Shown piece after piece: positions 17,187 to 26,682 of a stretch of DNA of 40,474 nt (position 1 is the first letter of the stretch; every line of letters starts with the position of its first letter). Made by a program: the position numbers and the translations under genes. Below the pieces are notes generated by a model. That model searched no databases. It saw only the letters and a program-made list of their open reading frames with translations, and had not been told where the DNA came from. Source of the DNA: an uncultured Gammaproteobacteria bacterium (GTDB lineage: Bacteria > Patescibacteriota > Patescibacteriia > Magasanikbacterales > UBA10003); contig CAYIOJ010000001.1 in assembly GCA_964365025.1 (NCBI GenBank), positions 1 to 40,474 of the forward strand. The letters run 5' to 3'.

Positions 17187-18041
17187 TTAATTAAATTTAA
17201 AATGATCTTCGAGCTTGGCCGCTGATTCTTTGTAAGCGGACAAACCAATGTTTTTTTCTCCCGGACGAGGCAAAATATAAGCCACCACTTTTTCTAAAAA
17301 ACCCAGGCGCACGCCCGCTTTATAAAATCTATCTTGCAAATCAGTGTCATTAACCCGATTCCAATTTTTGCGCCAACAATTTATATTGTAACGCATAAAT
17401 TTAAGATAAGAACGATACAGCCATGTCTGGGTGCCGCCAATACGCGGATTGTCTCTTTTGACATCTACTATGGCCATCTGCCCATATCTTTCCGCTTCAT
17501 AGGCCGCCGAGACAAATTCATAATTTCCTAACCGGGCAAAATTGAGCAAACTATCCAAGTGGTCGGATGTCCACAGATCATCGTCATCAATCCTCGCGAT
17601 CCACTTACCACGAACCATACTCAACGCCTGATTAGCCGCCACTACCGGCCCGGCCAGCCAGTGATTCTCGGCCGTGGGCGGATAGCGATAACCGCGTTTG
17701 GGTAAATTATAAAAACGAATGCGCGAATCTTTTATCGCCTTAACGCGTGCCGCCGTGTCATCGGTACAACAGTCCCCCACTATAATAAATTCAAAATTTT
17801 TATAAGTTTGAGCCAAGACCGTCGGGATGGCTCTTTCCAATAAAATATTGGCTCGATTGTAAGTTGGCGTGTAAACAGAAATTAACGAGTTTTTATTTTT
17901 GTTAAGAGCGTACTCGCCTTCATGCAACAAACGCGCCAATTTTACTAATGGTCGTTCGATCAAACCAAAACGCCAGTCATTCAAGCCGCTAATTAATTTG
18001 TCCATTGCAGACCTCTGATTTTGAAGGGAACTCTCTGCCAT
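17187..18041 (-). CDS. Glycosyltransferase family 2
   Basis: ISVYTPTYNR, IIVGDCCTDDT, ARIDDDD (DxD). Confidence 0.9.
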   Translation of the reverse strand: MAESSLQNQRSAMDKLISGLNDWRFGLIERPLVKLARLLHEGEYALNKNKNSLISVYTPTYNRANILLERAIPTVLAQTYKNFEFIIVGDCCTDDTAARVKAIKDSRIRFYNLPKRGYRYPPTAENHWLAGPVVAANQALSMVRGKWIARIDDDDLWTSDHLDSLLNFARLGNYEFVSAAYEAERYGQMAIVDVKRDNPRIGGTQTWLYRSYLKFMRYNINCWRKNWNRVNDTDLQDRFYKAGVRLGFLEKVVAYILPRPGEKNIGLSAYKESAAKLEDHFKFN

Positions 18042-18049
18042 AATAAAAA

Positions 18050-18943
18050 TTAAATCAGATCCGGTTCTTTTAAATTAACCTGTTTCACTGAAATTTTTTT
18101 ACCCGGCGCTGATTGTTTATACGGCCGATGGCTCCACGGCGTCCACCCATCTTTAACTGTTTTTTCTATATCCGCCTCGGACAAATGCAAATCCACCAAT
18201 TTAAAATCACCGCGTAAAAATTTGGGGGAACTAACTTTTTTTAATTTTTCCGCAACGCTTGAGGAAACCTTATCATAGCGATCGTGCGCGTTTTGCCGCT
18301 CCATGGGGATAGCCGCGCTGCAATTGGGGCAATATCTTTTTACCTGATCCATAAATTCATTGGGATTTTTGTTCCACCAGCCCTTTTCCAATGGATAACC
18401 ACCAGGACCGTCAAATAAGTAATCCTGAGCCGCCGCCACTTCGCAAAAAAATCCTCCTTTTGGAGTAATGGAAGCGGCCCAACGCCATTGGACCCAGCAA
18501 TTACCTATTAATCTCCACATCAATTCTTTATCATCCACAATATCGGTAGCGGCTAAAAGCAATGACTGATGTTCGCCAACATCTTCGTCTTTGTGGTCAT
18601 TATAAATAATTTTGTCAGCGTCAAATGTCTCTTTAATAATATCTTTATACTTATCCCAATTTTGGCCGTTAGTCCATAGAGCGCGCTGGCGACGATTGGT
18701 AATTTTTTCTTGTACCAGGCGACAAATCTCCGCGAATTGAGGATGCAGGGTCGGCTCACCGCCCATTATTCCTATCTCATGCGGATACCCTTCTAGCGAG
18801 TCTATTGCCATAGCAACCGTGTCTAAATCCATAAAAAACGGTTTTTTGTGATGACCAACAAACCTGGTGCAATTTGAACAAATCAAATTACAGGCGTTTG
18901 TTATCTCTATTTGAATTACCGGCATTCTATAAATTGGAATCAT
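18050..18943 (-). CDS. Radical SAM protein with extra C-terminal cysteines
   Basis: CNLICSNC (CxxxCxxC), MGGEPTLHP, WTNG; C-terminal CW..FFCE..CPNC. Confidence 0.9.
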   Translation of the reverse strand: MIPIYRMPVIQIEITNACNLICSNCTRFVGHHKKPFFMDLDTVAMAIDSLEGYPHEIGIMGGEPTLHPQFAEICRLVQEKITNRRQRALWTNGQNWDKYKDIIKETFDADKIIYNDHKDEDVGEHQSLLLAATDIVDDKELMWRLIGNCWVQWRWAASITPKGGFFCEVAAAQDYLFDGPGGYPLEKGWWNKNPNEFMDQVKRYCPNCSAAIPMERQNAHDRYDKVSSSVAEKLKKVSSPKFLRGDFKLVDLHLSEADIEKTVKDGWTPWSHRPYKQSAPGKKISVKQVNLKEPDLI

Positions 18944-18954
18944 ACAAAAATGAA

Positions 18955-20163
18955 TTATTTTTTATCTTCTGTCCCGCCACCCCAAACAGTATGTTTTAAT
19001 TTCCATTCGTCGTTGACCTTTTTCCATAAATGCGGCGGCCGATAAGAATCAACTATCTCCCAAAAATGTTTTTCCGTAATGTTCAGGTACTCTAAAAAAT
19101 CTTTAAAGTATTTTTTAGGAAATTCCCCGTCATAACGTTTTACTAAAGATACGCCTTCTTCGCGAGTTATGTGTCCATCGCGAATTTCATGAGCGGCATC
19201 AGAAGTACAGCGACCAATACCAAATTTGATATAGGCTAAATAAAAATGAAAACCATCGGTCCGATCATCAAGGCTCGCATATTTAGAATAGGTGCCTTCT
19301 GAACGACCGTCTTCGTTGGCGGTTAAACCGGTATATTTTTGGGCATAATAAAAATTTTCCTGTGGCACCCACTTGCGATAATAAGACAACCAATGCATTT
19401 GGATGTCCAATTTTTCTATTTCCTCCAAAGACGGCTGGCTATATAATTCAAAAGTTTTTGTCTTAATTTCCGCGTCAGAAAAAATGTCCATTTCTTTTCC
19501 CGCCGCCACCACCTTATCAACTCCCGCCCCCTTAAAATACAAATCTTCCCAATCCGAAACTGTTTCATATGGTTTATCAGCGTTTTTTAACGAGCCGCCA
19601 TATTCGATCTCGCCATTTTCTCCATAAAAAATTAAAGGAATTTTAAATTTTAAAGCCATGTGAAAAGCCATGGTTTTTTGTCCATAAGCAAAAGGTTCCC
19701 AGGCGTCACCCTTTAACTCAAACGCGGCTCGGGCTAATTTTCTATGTAGATCTCCATTAGGGTAACAAGAAATGACATCAAAACCGGACTTAACAAAATT
19801 GTTAAAATTTTTCCAACCGACATCAGTATAAATAAACGGCGCCCAAGTGACTGTTAGAGGATGCATGCCATATTTAGTTTTCAAATAATGGGCAGTGTAA
19901 CCGCTGTCTTTGCCGCCACTCCCTGGCACAATTACATCAAAACTGCCGTCATTAGAGCGATGTTTATCACACAAAACAGCTAATTCTTTTTCTCGTTCTT
20001 CCCAGTTTATCAGATGATGCTTTTTATACGCATATTCGCACGCGCTACATACTCCATTAGCATTAAAAGTAAGGCGCGGACGCTGATTGGAAACAACGCA
20101 AAGTTTACAAAATTTAACTTCTTTAGGTTGAGACAATAATTGTTTATCTAATTTTTGTAACAT
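18955..20163 (-). CDS. N-acetyl sugar amidotransferase (WbuX/PseA family)
   Basis: N-terminal CKLC..CSAC, PP-loop SGGKDS, YGENGE, EGTYSKYASLDD, KFGIGR. ATG 20163 preferred. Confidence 0.92.
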   Translation of the reverse strand: MLQKLDKQLLSQPKEVKFCKLCVVSNQRPRLTFNANGVCSACEYAYKKHHLINWEEREKELAVLCDKHRSNDGSFDVIVPGSGGKDSGYTAHYLKTKYGMHPLTVTWAPFIYTDVGWKNFNNFVKSGFDVISCYPNGDLHRKLARAAFELKGDAWEPFAYGQKTMAFHMALKFKIPLIFYGENGEIEYGGSLKNADKPYETVSDWEDLYFKGAGVDKVVAAGKEMDIFSDAEIKTKTFELYSQPSLEEIEKLDIQMHWLSYYRKWVPQENFYYAQKYTGLTANEDGRSEGTYSKYASLDDRTDGFHFYLAYIKFGIGRCTSDAAHEIRDGHITREEGVSLVKRYDGEFPKKYFKDFLEYLNITEKHFWEIVDSYRPPHLWKKVNDEWKLKHTVWGGGTEDKK

Positions 20164-20170
20164 ATAAATT

Positions 20171-20824
20171 CTAATTACTTTTTTCAATCAACTTAACAAA
20201 ATTATTAATAATAGCCAAACCAACTAAGCCGCTTTTTTCTGGATGAAACTGACAACCATAGATATTACCTTTTTTAATTGCCGAACAAAATTCATAACCT
20301 CCATAGACAGCCGTAGCCAAACAATCAACTTCGTCTTGCGGCTTTAAAATATAAGAGTGCACAAAATAGACCTCTTTTTCTTCTTGATTTTTCAAAATCG
20401 TGTCTTGCCATAAAACGGATTTTGGCGGCCGAATTTTATTCCAACCGATGTGAGGAATCTTTTCTTTTTCCGCCAGAACCGGAAAAGGCATTACTTGTCC
20501 GAAAATAATCCCCAAACCGGCGTATTCGCCAAATTCATAACCTTTTGATAAAAGCAGTTGAGCGCCGAGACAAATGCCCAAAATTGGAATATCTTTGAGG
20601 GCAACGCTTTTTAACACTTCTTCCAGACCGCGCAATTTTAAACCACGCATGCCCGCCTCAAAAGAACCAACCCCGGGCAAAATTATTGCTTGAGCTGATT
20701 TTATTTTGTCCGCTTCTTCGGTAATTTCCACTTCAACATCGCAAGCCTGTAAAGCCTTATTAATACTCTGCAAATTACCTACGCCATAATCTACGACAGT
20801 AATTTTTTTTGATTTTTCACTCAT
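20171..20824 (-). CDS. HisH-like glutamine amidotransferase subunit (WbuY type)
   Basis: DYGVGNL, LPGVGSF, GICLG (catalytic Cys), PHIGWN, YFVHSY, QFHPEKS. Confidence 0.92.
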   Translation of the reverse strand: MSEKSKKITVVDYGVGNLQSINKALQACDVEVEITEEADKIKSAQAIILPGVGSFEAGMRGLKLRGLEEVLKSVALKDIPILGICLGAQLLLSKGYEFGEYAGLGIIFGQVMPFPVLAEKEKIPHIGWNKIRPPKSVLWQDTILKNQEEKEVYFVHSYILKPQDEVDCLATAVYGGYEFCSAIKKGNIYGCQFHPEKSGLVGLAIINNFVKLIEKSN

Positions 20825-21582
20825 ACCGTCCGCACATTTATACCTTCTGTTTTTAAAAATGTTTTTAACTCTTTAATACTGTAATCCTGATAATGAAATA
20901 CTGAGGAGGCGGCTAGTGCGTCGGCCTTGCCTTCGTGTACTGCTTCTAAAAATGAATTCTTGTGTCCCACACCGCCATGAGCGATAACCGGCACGCCGCA
21001 AGCTTGAGAAATTTTTTTGATCAACTCTACATCATAACCGCGGCGGGTGCCATCACGATCAATGGAACAAATAAGTATCTCGCCGGCGCCCAACTCTACC
21101 CCTTTTTGTACCCACTCGTAAACATCTAAATTGGTCTTTTCTCTTCCGCCGTCGGTATAAACCAAATAATGCCCATCCGGCTGTTTTTTTGCCTCAATAA
21201 AAAGCGTGATACACTGCGAACCAAACTCTCTAGAGGCGGTGCGCAAAAATTCGGGATTTTTCGTGGCATAAGTATTTATAGCCACTTTGTCGGCGCCGGC
21301 GCGCAAGGCATTATTAATATCCTGAATTGTTCTAATGCCGCCGCCGGCTGTCACCGGAATAAAAACCTTTTCCGTTATTGTTTTTAAAAGAGTGAAGTCA
21401 AGGTTGCGTTGGTATAAACTGGCGACTATGTCCAAATAAATAAGTTCATCCGCACCCTCTTCATAGTAATGCAAAAACATTTCTTGCGGATTACCCACCA
21501 CGCGCAGAGCCTCCGTCTGCACGGGCTTCACCGCGTTTGGCCCTTTTATATTAAGCAAGGGAATAATACGAATGTTTTTCAT
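20821..21582 (-). CDS. HisF-like cyclase-fold subunit (WbuZ type)
   Basis: RIIPLLNI (catalytic Asp of RIIPCLD absent), GADEL, GGGIR, GADKVAINT, GAGEIL, SIDRDGT. ATG 21582 overlaps the upstream stop. Confidence 0.9.
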   Translation of the reverse strand: MKNIRIIPLLNIKGPNAVKPVQTEALRVVGNPQEMFLHYYEEGADELIYLDIVASLYQRNLDFTLLKTITEKVFIPVTAGGGIRTIQDINNALRAGADKVAINTYATKNPEFLRTASREFGSQCITLFIEAKKQPDGHYLVYTDGGREKTNLDVYEWVQKGVELGAGEILICSIDRDGTRRGYDVELIKKISQACGVPVIAHGGVGHKNSFLEAVHEGKADALAASSVFHYQDYSIKELKTFLKTEGINVRTV

Positions 21583-23591
21583 AGCCGCGTCCATACTGGC
21601 CACAGGTCTTTTGTATAGCCATCACGATAAATTATCTGCCAAGACAAATCTGAATCTTTATTATCGTCTTTTAATTTACTAAACATGGCCTCTTGTTCAA
21701 CAGTGAAGGAAACCGCATATTCAACAGATCCTGCAAAATCCGACAACGGACGGACTTCCTCGTTTGTTCCTCGCGACCAATTTGGGATATCATATTTTAA
21801 AGACACTGTTTTTTCTATGTTATTTTTTTCAAAAAAAACTCGTAAATCTCTAGTTGATAAAAATTTCTCCAAATCTTTTAGCATTTTATCAAATTCTTGG
21901 CTGTTTTGATGAACAACCAACAAGGCCTCTGCTCCTTTTATAGCCAGGGCCAAGCACGATGAAAACCTTTTAGATAACAATTCATATTTATATTTTCTTA
22001 ATAAATTGTCCCCTTTTTCACCTTTTAACAATGCGGAAAAATTGTCCTCTTGTTCATAAAACTTCAGTAGCTCTTCGCGGCTGGCAAACAATTCTTCACG
22101 CGTCTCTTTAATAAAATTTTCGTATTGGGCATTGATGTCATGGTAACTTTTAATATTTTGATGTATATTTAAAACCCACTCAAACAAATCGGCGCCGACT
22201 TCAAGCAAAAATTTCTTTAGAGGCAACAGTTCGGCGGAACTAAAGAAAGCGGCAATGACAAAACACAGTCCTCTTAAATCTATATAATCCTCAAACGACA
22301 TGTCTTTGGTGCCCACGATTACCTCTTCGGTATCCAGAATCTTTTTGCCGTCTATGTCGCTGAATTGTCTGGGTACCACGCGATGGCGCACTACATATTG
22401 AAACTCTCTCGCCTTTTCTTCTGCCGCCAAAGGAGTGCCGGCCAATTTCATTAAAGTAAGAACGACCACGGTTTGCACGCCTGAATTGATGACCTGACTA
22501 AGCGTTTTCAAAAATGTCTCTTTTGTCTCGCCAGGCAAATTCAAAATCAATTCTGTGGCAGTGGTATCTCCTCTTTGAGAAAGCACTTTTTTCTGAAAAT
22601 TAGTGTACTCTTCTAACGGGATATTCCTCCTGCAGATATTTTTTAAAACTTCTGGAGTCAGGGTCTGGATCGCTATACCCGGCTCAAAATCAACAATAGA
22701 CAACATCTCTAAAAGCTTTTGTGGATCCTTACCGGTGCTCAAATTAATATATTTAGGCCAATTGTATTTTTTTTGACTATCCCGAACTATCCGCGCCATT
22801 TCCATATCCTCATTATAAAAACCCATGTTACTGTTACTAAAAAATAAAAAAATGTCGGATTGCCCGGCTAAACGTTTGCCTATATATTCCATGTCTGCCT
22901 TAAAAAATTCCGGACTAAGAAAAAGCAATCTTGAGTTGTAAATGTCGCTGGCGTGACAAAAAGCGCAGTTAAACGGACAACCGCGCACCGTTTCCATGAG
23001 CGGATGATAACCGGCAACTAAAAATTTATCCAATATACCGCTGGCATAAATCGCGCCAAAAACATTAATGGAATCAAGCCGCGGCGCCGGCGCGCTTGAC
23101 AAGGTATATTCAAGAGTATCCGGATGAACGCTAAAAACTCCGGCTGGCGGGTTCCTCCTTAAATCAGACGCGCTCTCTCCGGTCATAAATCGTTTTACAA
23201 TATTCAATAAAGGAATTTCACCGTCATAGGCCACGGCTAAATCAACAAAATTATTAATTTTTAAATATTCCGCTCTGGCTTTGGGCGATGATTCCAAATT
23301 AGGCCCGCCGGCCACCACCAAACACTTGGGATTATTTTTTTTAGCCAAGCTGGCAAAATATAAATTCAACTGGCTGTTCCAGCTATATTGAGAAATACCG
23401 ACTACATCGGGAACCCAATCGGCGTTTTTTAAAACATCACTAATTTCATTGGGATTTTTAAATAATTTTATATCTAATTCACCAAGAATATTTTTTATAA
23501 GATAAGTAGCCAACAAACCAATACCCAAAGGTACGGTATTGCTATGCCCGCCGCGCGTTAAATGAACCGAATCTATTAAAGCTATTTTCAT
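21579..23591 (-). CDS. Cobalamin-binding radical SAM protein with long C-terminal extension
   Basis: PLGIGLLATY, PDVVGISQYSWN, VAGGPN, DGE (B12-binding domain); ETVRGCPFNCAFC; ELILNLPGET. ATG 23591 preferred. Confidence 0.9.
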   Translation of the reverse strand: MKIALIDSVHLTRGGHSNTVPLGIGLLATYLIKNILGELDIKLFKNPNEISDVLKNADWVPDVVGISQYSWNSQLNLYFASLAKKNNPKCLVVAGGPNLESSPKARAEYLKINNFVDLAVAYDGEIPLLNIVKRFMTGESASDLRRNPPAGVFSVHPDTLEYTLSSAPAPRLDSINVFGAIYASGILDKFLVAGYHPLMETVRGCPFNCAFCHASDIYNSRLLFLSPEFFKADMEYIGKRLAGQSDIFLFFSNSNMGFYNEDMEMARIVRDSQKKYNWPKYINLSTGKDPQKLLEMLSIVDFEPGIAIQTLTPEVLKNICRRNIPLEEYTNFQKKVLSQRGDTTATELILNLPGETKETFLKTLSQVINSGVQTVVVLTLMKLAGTPLAAEEKAREFQYVVRHRVVPRQFSDIDGKKILDTEEVIVGTKDMSFEDYIDLRGLCFVIAAFFSSAELLPLKKFLLEVGADLFEWVLNIHQNIKSYHDINAQYENFIKETREELFASREELLKFYEQEDNFSALLKGEKGDNLLRKYKYELLSKRFSSCLALAIKGAEALLVVHQNSQEFDKMLKDLEKFLSTRDLRVFFEKNNIEKTVSLKYDIPNWSRGTNEEVRPLSDFAGSVEYAVSFTVEQEAMFSKLKDDNKDSDLSWQIIYRDGYTKDLWPVWTRL

Positions 23592-23608
23592 AACATTACT
23601 TTTTAAAT

Positions 23609-24427
23609 TTAAAGCTCTATCTTGTCCCAACCCTCTTTGGATTTTCTAACAGCCCAAAAACCGTCTTTCATACTAACGCCATCATTGCCAAAAAATTCCT
23701 TTATAGCCAAAAAAACTCCCGGACAGCAATTTATTTTAGTGAGCGGATCTCTGGCGGCATTTTCTTCACTGTATTTTTTAAAAAATTCATCCAAATCATC
23801 GCGGGTTGTCATAATTGGTAGGTCATCTCCGCAAATGATTCCACCGATTTTACACAATTTTGAATAATTTTTCAAATCTTTGCTAACCTGGTTATAAGCG
23901 TGATCGCCATCAATATAAACAAAATCAAACTCATCTTCCTTTAATATTTCAGCCGTCTCATCACTAGTGCCTCTTATAGGAATAATGTAATTTTCTACTC
24001 CGCTTGCTCTTATGTTATACAAAAAAAATTTAAACATTTTATCTTTTGCAACAAGTTTTTTGTGTTCAGGAATATTTTCAGGTGACATCCATGTATCAAC
24101 GCAGTAAACTTTTCCCTTCTGATATTTTTTACAGAGAGACGCCCAAAGAATTGTAGAATGTCCGCCCCAAGAACCAACCTCAAGTACTTTATATGTTTGG
24201 CTCTCAGACTTTAATTCATTTTCCAATAATTTCTTCATCACTTCTAATCGCTCCAGCGGCTGCATACAAGCATCTAAATATGTCCCAAAGTAGGGTTTAT
24301 TAAAAAGACAGGCCGACTTAAAATAAATCCATCCATCTATTTTATAAAGAAGCATTCTTACTCTATAAGGTAAAAATAATAATGATGCCTTTCTGTTTAG
24401 CATATTCTTAATTCTAATTTTAAACAC
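23609..24427 (-). CDS. Class I SAM-dependent methyltransferase (Methyltransf_24-like)
   Basis: LEVGSWGGHST, CVDTW, FDFVYIDGDHAY, GGIICGDD. Alternative ATG at 24403. Confidence 0.9.
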   Translation of the reverse strand: MFKIRIKNMLNRKASLLFLPYRVRMLLYKIDGWIYFKSACLFNKPYFGTYLDACMQPLERLEVMKKLLENELKSESQTYKVLEVGSWGGHSTILWASLCKKYQKGKVYCVDTWMSPENIPEHKKLVAKDKMFKFFLYNIRASGVENYIIPIRGTSDETAEILKEDEFDFVYIDGDHAYNQVSKDLKNYSKLCKIGGIICGDDLPIMTTRDDLDEFFKKYSEENAARDPLTKINCCPGVFLAIKEFFGNDGVSMKDGFWAVRKSKEGWDKIEL

Positions 24428-24435
24428 CTTACTTG

Positions 24436-25464
24436 TTAATACACAGCGAGCAAACTATTCGCAACGCCATCAATATCAGATTCAACGGGCGAACCAATTA
24501 CAACATGGCAATCTGCGCAGATATTAATTTTTTTCCGCTCTCCTTTTAAATGTAACATTCTGAAATTGCGTAATTTTTTACCTCTCCAAATATCAACGAG
24601 ACTTTCTTTATTGACGTTGCCGATTATGACATTAAAACCCCAATCTATACAACAAACCGAAACAGAACCATTAAAATTTATCGCCATCGAATAAAATGGA
24701 TGGGGACAAACCTGCCTATCCATTTTTGACATGGTATTTGCATAAGCCGTGGCTGAAGAAATCCCCTGTCCTAAAGTAAAATCATACCCTTGTGAATTGC
24801 TTCTTCCATCTACCGGATTAATGTTTATGAAATCTGAAATACCGCTGAAATCATCTGTAAATTTTTTCTTTTCAAAATCCGACAAGCCCGTGTCAATTAA
24901 TTTAGCGTAAATTTTTAAACCGCTTTTTCTTTTTCTTTTTTCATTAAATAAATATTCAACATTTCTTCGAACGTGCTCATATTTGGTTGGTGTATTTGTA
25001 ACCTTTTTATAACCAGCATCATCCACATGCTCAATTGAAATTCGGATTGAATCAAGCCCCGCATCTATTAAGCCTCTGGCATCAAATTCATTTATCAGTG
25101 CCCCATTAGAAGTGATGCTAATGTTATTAGCGATGTCTTTTTTTTTGGCATAAGCGACCATTTTGACCAAATTCTTATTTAAGAACGGCTCACCGTCTTT
25201 ACACAAATTAATCTTTTCTAATTTTTTATCAAATTTCTGCACATCGTCTACTATTTTACAAAATAAATCAAAATTCATCATCCCATTCGGTCGAGCGGCT
25301 TTGGCAAGCATTTGCGGATGCCCGGTGGGACAAAAAGAACATTTAAAATTACAAACACTGCTGGGATCTATCAGGAGCGAAAGTGGCACTTCTAGCGGCA
25401 ACACTTCCGACAATTGCTTAAAATTGCACGGTTCATCAAGATGTTTTATTTTTTTTATGCCCAT
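24436..25464 (-). CDS. Radical SAM/SPASM-twitch domain protein
   Basis: CNFKCSFC, DGEPFLN, TSNG; C-terminal CPHPF..GSVSVCC..IGN..CADC. Confidence 0.92.
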   Translation of the reverse strand: MGIKKIKHLDEPCNFKQLSEVLPLEVPLSLLIDPSSVCNFKCSFCPTGHPQMLAKAARPNGMMNFDLFCKIVDDVQKFDKKLEKINLCKDGEPFLNKNLVKMVAYAKKKDIANNISITSNGALINEFDARGLIDAGLDSIRISIEHVDDAGYKKVTNTPTKYEHVRRNVEYLFNEKRKRKSGLKIYAKLIDTGLSDFEKKKFTDDFSGISDFININPVDGRSNSQGYDFTLGQGISSATAYANTMSKMDRQVCPHPFYSMAINFNGSVSVCCIDWGFNVIIGNVNKESLVDIWRGKKLRNFRMLHLKGERKKINICADCHVVIGSPVESDIDGVANSLLAVY

Positions 25465-25504
25465 ACAGACAATATCAAATTAATTATAAAACATTCGAAC
25501 AAAC

Positions 25505-26662
25505 TCAACCGTATAGCCCCTCTCCAACAATCTCCAATTTTTCTTCGTTAAACGATTTACCGGTCTTCTTTTTTATCCACTCCAGTATATTCATTTTATT
25601 GCGCGGTGACAATATTATTAACAAGTTGCTATCTTTTATATGTTCCAGACAATCAATGGGCTGACGGACTAATATTTTTTTATCTTCTAAATAATTTCTC
25701 TTACGAATATCCGAGTCCACCACAATGGAATTTTGAGGAAGTTTAAAATTATCAATTATCTTATAGAGAAAATCCGTAACGCACCACAAAGTAACCTTTT
25801 TATCCTCTTCGTTTAATTGGATTATCCTCTCCTGCAAACGACCAATCTGGCTTCGTAACCGCTCAACTTGTTCGCCCCCGTCCTTCAAGCAAGCCAGGCT
25901 ATCTAAATATTCTGTTGGAGCTTCATCAAAATCATTGTTATTTTCTTTTTTAAATACTGCCGAAAAACCTGTGAGTGGCCGACTGGATGTAGCGCGCCTT
26001 ACTTCAATTAATTTAAAACCGCAATTACTGGCAATTCTTTCCAACGTATGTACCGAAAAATGATTTACATGTTCAACACAAAACAACATCAAATTGTTGG
26101 AATAAAATTTAATATCCGGCACTTCTACCATCATAATCCCGCCGTTTTTTAAAACCCGCAAACAAGCTTGTAGAAAGTCTCTAATCTTTGGTAGGTGTTC
26201 TAAAACATCGTAACAAGCTAAGACATCAACCGATGCTTTGGGCAAGACATCTATTGTTTTTAAGTTAGACAAACATTCGTCATTTAAGTCAACATTCTGA
26301 ATTGAACCTACATATTCTGAAAGTCTTTCGTGAAATTTTCCCGATTGATTGCCGCCAATCTCTACAAAAGTTGTTTTTTTAGAAATATATCTTTTCAAAG
26401 CATCAATGCGGGCATCAATGGAATAATGAAACGGCGGTGCCTCATTAATAGAGAAACAACTGACATAATAATTTTCCAAATCTTCTTTTGTGGGACAGGG
26501 CGAATTAAAACAAAATCCGCAGCGGCGGCAAATAACGACGCGTTGCCGAAACAAATAAGTTTCACTGCGATCCTTGATATAATTCTCACCTGAATAAACT
26601 GGTTCCAAATCATTCCCGCCGCAACACTCGCAATTACGTTTTTCCAAAGATAATTCTTTCAT
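25505..26662 (-). CDS. SAM-dependent methyltransferase with N-terminal Zn-binding motif (sugar C-methyltransferase-like)
   Basis: CECC..CRRC N-terminus, VEIGG, DVLEH, LKNGG..VEVPD, EHVNHFS, C-terminal Rossmann-like tail. Confidence 0.82.
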   Translation of the reverse strand: MKELSLEKRNCECCGGNDLEPVYSGENYIKDRSETYLFRQRVVICRRCGFCFNSPCPTKEDLENYYVSCFSINEAPPFHYSIDARIDALKRYISKKTTFVEIGGNQSGKFHERLSEYVGSIQNVDLNDECLSNLKTIDVLPKASVDVLACYDVLEHLPKIRDFLQACLRVLKNGGIMMVEVPDIKFYSNNLMLFCVEHVNHFSVHTLERIASNCGFKLIEVRRATSSRPLTGFSAVFKKENNNDFDEAPTEYLDSLACLKDGGEQVERLRSQIGRLQERIIQLNEEDKKVTLWCVTDFLYKIIDNFKLPQNSIVVDSDIRKRNYLEDKKILVRQPIDCLEHIKDSNLLIILSPRNKMNILEWIKKKTGKSFNEEKLEIVGEGLYG

Positions 26663-26682
26663 AATAAAACTACTCTGCCAAT

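Noticed and set aside
20171-21582. Histidine biosynthesis genes hisH/hisF
   Set aside because: Adjacent to a WbuX-type amidotransferase, the HisF catalytic Asp is absent, and no other his genes are in the window.
25481-25507. UGA readthrough (genetic code 25) extending the 25505 methyltransferase
   Set aside because: Long ORFs translate intact in the standard code and several genes end in TGA with ATGA overlaps (6478, 16456, 21579), so TGA is a stop.
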